A stretch of 48,331 nucleotides of DNA, from positions 1 through 48,331 of the IMG/VR virus record IMGVR_UViG_3300031683_000008. One strand, 5' to 3'. Both the position numbers and the translations under genes were made by a program. Below, piece after piece: positions 44,669 to 48,331 of the stretch. Every line of letters starts with the position of its first letter. Within the stretch, counting starts at the first letter, position 1. This DNA comes from a virus. Its lineage: Duplodnaviria; Caudoviricetes. A model generated the notes under the pieces. The model had not been told where the DNA came from. It saw nothing but the letters and a program-made list of their open reading frames with translations, and did no database searches.

Positions 44669-45316
44669 CTAGCTTTTAGAACCAAATCCCATAGGGAACT
44701 GTTTAGTCATTTCCTTCTTAGTTACTTTACCTCTTTTAGCATCTAAAGCTAATTTTGGATCTTTCTTCTTCACTTTAGCTTTAACTTTAGGCTTAGCAGT
44801 AGACTTAGATTTCTTAGCGTCATTCTTAGAGTTCCAAGCTTTAGCTGCTGTTTCAAAAGCTGCATAGTCTTTATACTTACCTTTTACTCCACCTTTATCT
44901 GCATCCCAAGTAGCTTTGTATGTGTTACCTGTTCCTCTTTTTGTTGGGACCTTTTTTATGGTCTTCTTCATCTTGATTACTTTGGCTTTAGACTCAGTTT
45001 TCTTTTCTGGAAGCTTGATACGTGTACCCACTCTAGAAGCTGCCTTCTTCTTTTGAGGAACAGTTTCTTTAGATTTGTTAAGCTTAGTAGCCTTATGGTT
45101 ATTCTTTTCTGCACTTAGTTTAGCAACATCTGCATCAGAATATGAATCCGCTTTAGGGTTTCTTCTAGCTTTTCTAGCAGCCAACTTACCTTTAACTTTG
45201 TTTACTAACTTCTTAAGTCCACCTTTCTTGTAGTGCTCACGCTCATCAGTTGCGTGTAAATCATCTAAATCGTCGAACGATGCAGCTGATAAAAAATCAT
45301 CAAAATTATTTTTCAT
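44669..45316 (-). CDS. Lys/Ala-rich histone H1-like protein with acidic N-terminus
   Basis: Composition (e.g. AKPKVKAKVKKKDPK). Confidence 0.6.
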   Translation of the reverse strand: MKNNFDDFLSAASFDDLDDLHATDEREHYKKGGLKKLVNKVKGKLAARKARRNPKADSYSDADVAKLSAEKNNHKATKLNKSKETVPQKKKAASRVGTRIKLPEKKTESKAKVIKMKKTIKKVPTKRGTGNTYKATWDADKGGVKGKYKDYAAFETAAKAWNSKNDAKKSKSTAKPKVKAKVKKKDPKLALDAKRGKVTKKEMTKQFPMGFGSKS

Positions 45317-45328
45317 TTTATTTTAAAT

Positions 45329-46042
45329 TTATTGTTGTTGTTCAGGTTTTTGTTTCGATCGTGCTGGAGCTGGGATCTTATCCATACTCCTATCATTACT
45401 AGTATCACTGTACGTTCCTGCTAACAACGTTAATTCGCCGTTAGTGATACCTTGATTTATTAAATTAACCATATCCATAGGGATAGGGAAGTCATCTTTA
45501 TCTGCATCATAGCATCCTCCTTTAGCACAATCCCCATACCTAGATACGTCCTCAGGGTTTTCAAAGACCCCTCTAACATTTATAGTATCCATTCCGTTAG
45601 AATTGTAAATATACAAATAATCTGCTATCATATACGCTTTATACCGCCCTTTAGTGTATGTATCGTATGGTAGGTACGCTATTGTGTTGGATGGTATAAC
45701 CGGTATTGTCTTTGTACCAGTAACATCTCCAACATAAGTCAGAGCTTCCTCGAAGTTAAAACGTATAGTTTTTGGCAACGGATCCTTAGTTCTCCACACA
45801 GATTCACTAACCGGAAGGTTACAACATTTAGATGCATCAACCTTAATTAGATTAACGCACCCCAAATCCTGCTCTATATGTCTAGAGATAAATCCATTTC
45901 TGGCCTGATCTCGACGTATGAACATTGCCCTGTAGTGCTTTATATTAAATTTAATCTGCTCTAAAGAGATAGTTTCGTCTTGATTAGACTTTCCTCCTCG
46001 AACCAGATTTAATAAGTTATATGCAATTTCATTTAGTGTCAT
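45329..46042 (-). CDS. Tail ring (tubular) protein
   Basis: MTLNEI.Y, I..YRA..I, YLYI, I.VRGVFENP, FPIP motifs of crAss-like ring proteins. Confidence 0.7.
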   Translation of the reverse strand: MTLNEIAYNLLNLVRGGKSNQDETISLEQIKFNIKHYRAMFIRRDQARNGFISRHIEQDLGCVNLIKVDASKCCNLPVSESVWRTKDPLPKTIRFNFEEALTYVGDVTGTKTIPVIPSNTIAYLPYDTYTKGRYKAYMIADYLYIYNSNGMDTINVRGVFENPEDVSRYGDCAKGGCYDADKDDFPIPMDMVNLINQGITNGELTLLAGTYSDTSNDRSMDKIPAPARSKQKPEQQQ

Positions 46043-46428
46043 TATTTTTTCTTTATCTTCTCTATAGATCTACCTGCAAAGTATGCCCCATAAACAGTTA
46101 TTAATAATGTCTGATATATAGGTTTATACGCAGCATCCATTACAAACCCCCCAACGTTGCCATCTAAGAAAGATAGTACAACTAAAATTAACGTTAAAAA
46201 AGCAAGAGCTAAAGGTCGGATGTTTTTAGATAACCAGTTGTCAGACTTCATGTCTGCTTCCCATCTTCTAGAAACTTGTTCCTGAGCCTGAGCTTCAGCT
46301 TGCATTAGCACTTCCTCTATCTTTTGACGGGCAGCTAACTTCTCTTCTTTTGAGGTGGTTAAATTGTCAAGTACATCTCCTACTTGCTTAATAACTCCTC
46401 CTCCTAATAGGTCTAGTAGCTTACTCAT
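46042..46428 (-). CDS. Holin, 3TM (GTA_holin_3TM-like)
   Basis: RW.ADM.SD.WLSKNIRP...YFAGRSIEK; coupled to the endolysin gene. Confidence 0.8.
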   Translation of the reverse strand: MSKLLDLLGGGVIKQVGDVLDNLTTSKEEKLAARQKIEEVLMQAEAQAQEQVSRRWEADMKSDNWLSKNIRPLALAFLTLILVVLSFLDGNVGGFVMDAAYKPIYQTLLITVYGAYFAGRSIEKIKKK

Positions 46429-46880
46429 ATATTAGCGTATTTATATTTAGTATCATTGTCTTCATCTTTGTAAGCTTCTAATACTTGCTTTCTATTGCCT
46501 TCTTTTTTAAGAGAAATATGTATCCAAGCAAAATCAAACTCATTAATCATTTGATCGAACTCTACACCACTCTTTAATACCCAGTCATAGATTTCTTTAT
46601 TAGATATTTTGCCATCGTTCCAAAATTGTAAATCCATAGCTTCACCTTTACAATGCTGGCTTTTAGTACTTCCACCGATAGCCCGATTGACATTTGGATT
46701 CCTGTAACCACTGCTAATCCTAATAGGACCAAGAGCGTCACGCATAGGCTGTACAAGATTAGAAACAAGCCGTTGAATATTTCGTAAATGATCTTTATTC
46801 GGTCCATTGTCTATTCCTAATCTTTTAGCTGTATTACTACGAGTTATCTCTGACAATACAAAGTTCTTACTTAATCTCAT
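46425..46880 (-). CDS. Endolysin, peptidase M15 family
   Basis: LSKNF.L.E, SSGYR, SQH..GEA.D, WIHIS. Confidence 0.9.
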   Translation of the reverse strand: MRLSKNFVLSEITRSNTAKRLGIDNGPNKDHLRNIQRLVSNLVQPMRDALGPIRISSGYRNPNVNRAIGGSTKSQHCKGEAMDLQFWNDGKISNKEIYDWVLKSGVEFDQMINEFDFAWIHISLKKEGNRKQVLEAYKDEDNDTKYKYANI

Positions 46881-47412
46881 CTATGTACACTTTTTTGGTT
46901 AGTATTCCATCACTTGCTATATAGAACCCTCTTACAGGTTGTACCTCTCTCCCTAAAACATCGTAATAGTGAGTTGGAATAAAGGGCTTATTATCTACCT
47001 CTTCTAGTCCTATAGTGAGACATCCTACATCTACTAGTTGCTCTTTGAATTCTTGTGGCCAAGTGCCAAGAGAATCTATCCAATCTACATCAGATAAGAA
47101 TCCGTACTCTGTTTGCCCTACATACAAGTATGCACCATTCCAACCATCACCATAAGAATCTACCATGTTTATCTGGTAATACTCTGGAAGAACAACAGCA
47201 CCTAAATACGGAGCTGCACCTTCTAATAGGACACCTCCGTTACAGGTTAATATCTGCCAAGTAATCTCATCAGGATATTCACCTGTTGTACACTCTACAA
47301 ACACTTGTTGCTGTTGAGCGTTAGCGTTTTTAGATATACCTATTATTACAAAAAATACTACAGCTATAATTAATACTAGTCTGCCTGCCTCGGTAAGTTG
47401 TTCTTTCTTCAT
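46867..47412 (-). CDS. Exported protein with DSYGDGWNG module and T9SS CTD-like tail
   Basis: Signal peptide ending ANA-Q; EITW, DSYGDGWNG; C-terminal IGLEE...YYDVLGREV...KKVYI. Confidence 0.65.
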   Translation of the reverse strand: MKKEQLTEAGRLVLIIAVVFFVIIGISKNANAQQQQVFVECTTGEYPDEITWQILTCNGGVLLEGAAPYLGAVVLPEYYQINMVDSYGDGWNGAYLYVGQTEYGFLSDVDWIDSLGTWPQEFKEQLVDVGCLTIGLEEVDNKPFIPTHYYDVLGREVQPVRGFYIASDGILTKKVYIDEIK

Positions 47413-47780
47413 TATTGAAATTTGTTAAATGTTATTTCGTCTATAACAGACTGTACTTCTTTCTTAGTTGCCTTTAACTCCATCATAATATTGGGGTTAA
47501 ACCTATTTTGTTCCACACCGTTATCAAAGATAATAATGGTAGGGACCGATGTAACATTGTACTCACTTTGTAAGTCTGAGCTTTTAATGATACATACTCT
47601 GTAAGGACTGCAATCTTTAAGCGTTGATAGGAATTCTACTTCATTACCCTGGTTCCACTCGACCCAGAATTCTATAACAGTAATCCCTTTGGCCGTCTTA
47701 GGACCAAATGAGCTAGAAGTAATAAACTCTTGAGCTACAATATTTGTAGTGAGTAGTAGTAGGAGAAGAAGCTTATTCAT
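47412..47780 (-). CDS. Exported thioredoxin-fold protein lacking CxxC
   Basis: Signal peptide; VIEFWVEWNQGN in place of WCxxC; V.SVPTIIIF.NG.E cis-Pro motif. Confidence 0.75.
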   Translation of the reverse strand: MNKLLLLLLLTTNIVAQEFITSSSFGPKTAKGITVIEFWVEWNQGNEVEFLSTLKDCSPYRVCIIKSSDLQSEYNVTSVPTIIIFDNGVEQNRFNPNIMMELKATKKEVQSVIDEITFNKFQ

Positions 47781-48051
47781 AAAGCTTTTGTTTAATAAGT
47801 TTCATGTCTTCCTTCATCTCAGAAACATCTTCCTGAGTATTCATGATAGTCTGACGTATCAGCTTATCCTTCATATCAAATTCCATTCGAGTAATAACAG
47901 GGTCTACTGGTAAAGGTAACTCTCTAGCTTCTGCTATATCGTTTTGTAATGTAAACCATAACCCTACTAGTGCTGTAATTCCAACTGCTATACCACCTAA
48001 TGTTTTTAGACTTATCTGTACTGCACTGTTTTCACTTAATTCTTTTGCCAT
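47773..48051 (-). CDS. Single-TM protein with C-terminal coiled coil
   Basis: One hydrophobic helix, Pro-rich linker, heptad-like tail. Confidence 0.7.
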   Translation of the reverse strand: MAKELSENSAVQISLKTLGGIAVGITALVGLWFTLQNDIAEARELPLPVDPVITRMEFDMKDKLIRQTIMNTQEDVSEMKEDMKLIKQKLYE

Positions 48052-48054
48052 CTA

Positions 48055-48330
48055 TTAAAATATTAAATAATTTATTCCCGTTTGCATATTATAAGACCGT
48101 ATGTCCCAGTATTTAAGATGTCTTCCTTCTACGAAGATACTAAAATGTCTATTGAATTTAACCCCAAAAACTACACCAACATCCCACTCCGTTTTTTCAC
48201 CTGGGTAGTTGTATGAGTAATCACTTAATCCTTTATGTAAAGGGTATACTGACCCCCAGGCATGTATCCAGCCTTGACCCGAATAGAGATAATAATCGGC
48301 TCCTATAACTGCAGACACTTCTTGCTGTAG
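48055..48330 (-). CDS. C-terminal part of a putative outer-membrane beta-barrel protein (truncated by the window edge)
   Basis: Frame open to the window end; alternating amphipathic strands; ends GINYLIF with terminal Phe. Confidence 0.6.
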   Translation of the reverse strand, partial: LQQEVSAVIGADYYLYSGQGWIHAWGSVYPLHKGLSDYSYNYPGEKTEWDVGVVFGVKFNRHFSIFVEGRHLKYWDIRSYNMQTGINYLIF

Positions 48331-48331
48331 T

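Noticed and set aside
47773-48051. Canonical i-spanin/o-spanin pair
   Set aside because: The TM plus coiled-coil shape fits an i-spanin, but I found no lipobox-bearing partner gene nearby.
1-48331. Stop-codon reassignment (TAG or TGA) as seen in some crAss-like phages
   Set aside because: Genes up to 7.4 kb are intact under the standard code, coding density is near complete, and TAG and TGA end genes at tight junctions (e.g. 440, 3974, 44669, 46425).

Overview
Fragment of a crAss-like (Crassvirales-type) dsDNA phage genome with a probable Bacteroidota (Flavobacteriia-like) host. Standard genetic code; all assignments are from motifs and gene context, with no database searches. Two convergent arms meet at a bidirectional terminator near 12,950. 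The + arm (1-12,936) carries small early-type ORFs and a replication/recombination module: Sak4/AAA_24 ATPase, SSB-like protein, primase, metallophosphoesterase, endonuclease I-like resolvase, rIIA/rIIB, 5'-3' exonuclease and a DUF5664 dNTP diphosphohydrolase. The - arm (48,331-12,980) carries late genes: a cluster of exported envelope proteins, M15 endolysin, 3TM holin, two ring proteins, H1-like and IHF-like proteins, a muzzle/tail-stabilisation protein, cargo proteins and three giant ejection proteins, the middle one being the virion RNA polymerase (DFDID motif). Most striking observation: by manual scan the three giant proteins (6,221 aa) hold only four cysteines, all at the termini facing the neighbouring protein, which suggests head-to-tail disulfide chaining. 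Also notable are a RecB-like nuclease domain in an ejection protein, a beta-barrel/thioredoxin-like/T9SS-like gene cluster, and a 22-bp repeat at small-gene junctions. No DNA polymerase, capsid, portal, terminase, tRNA or CRISPR array was seen in this window.
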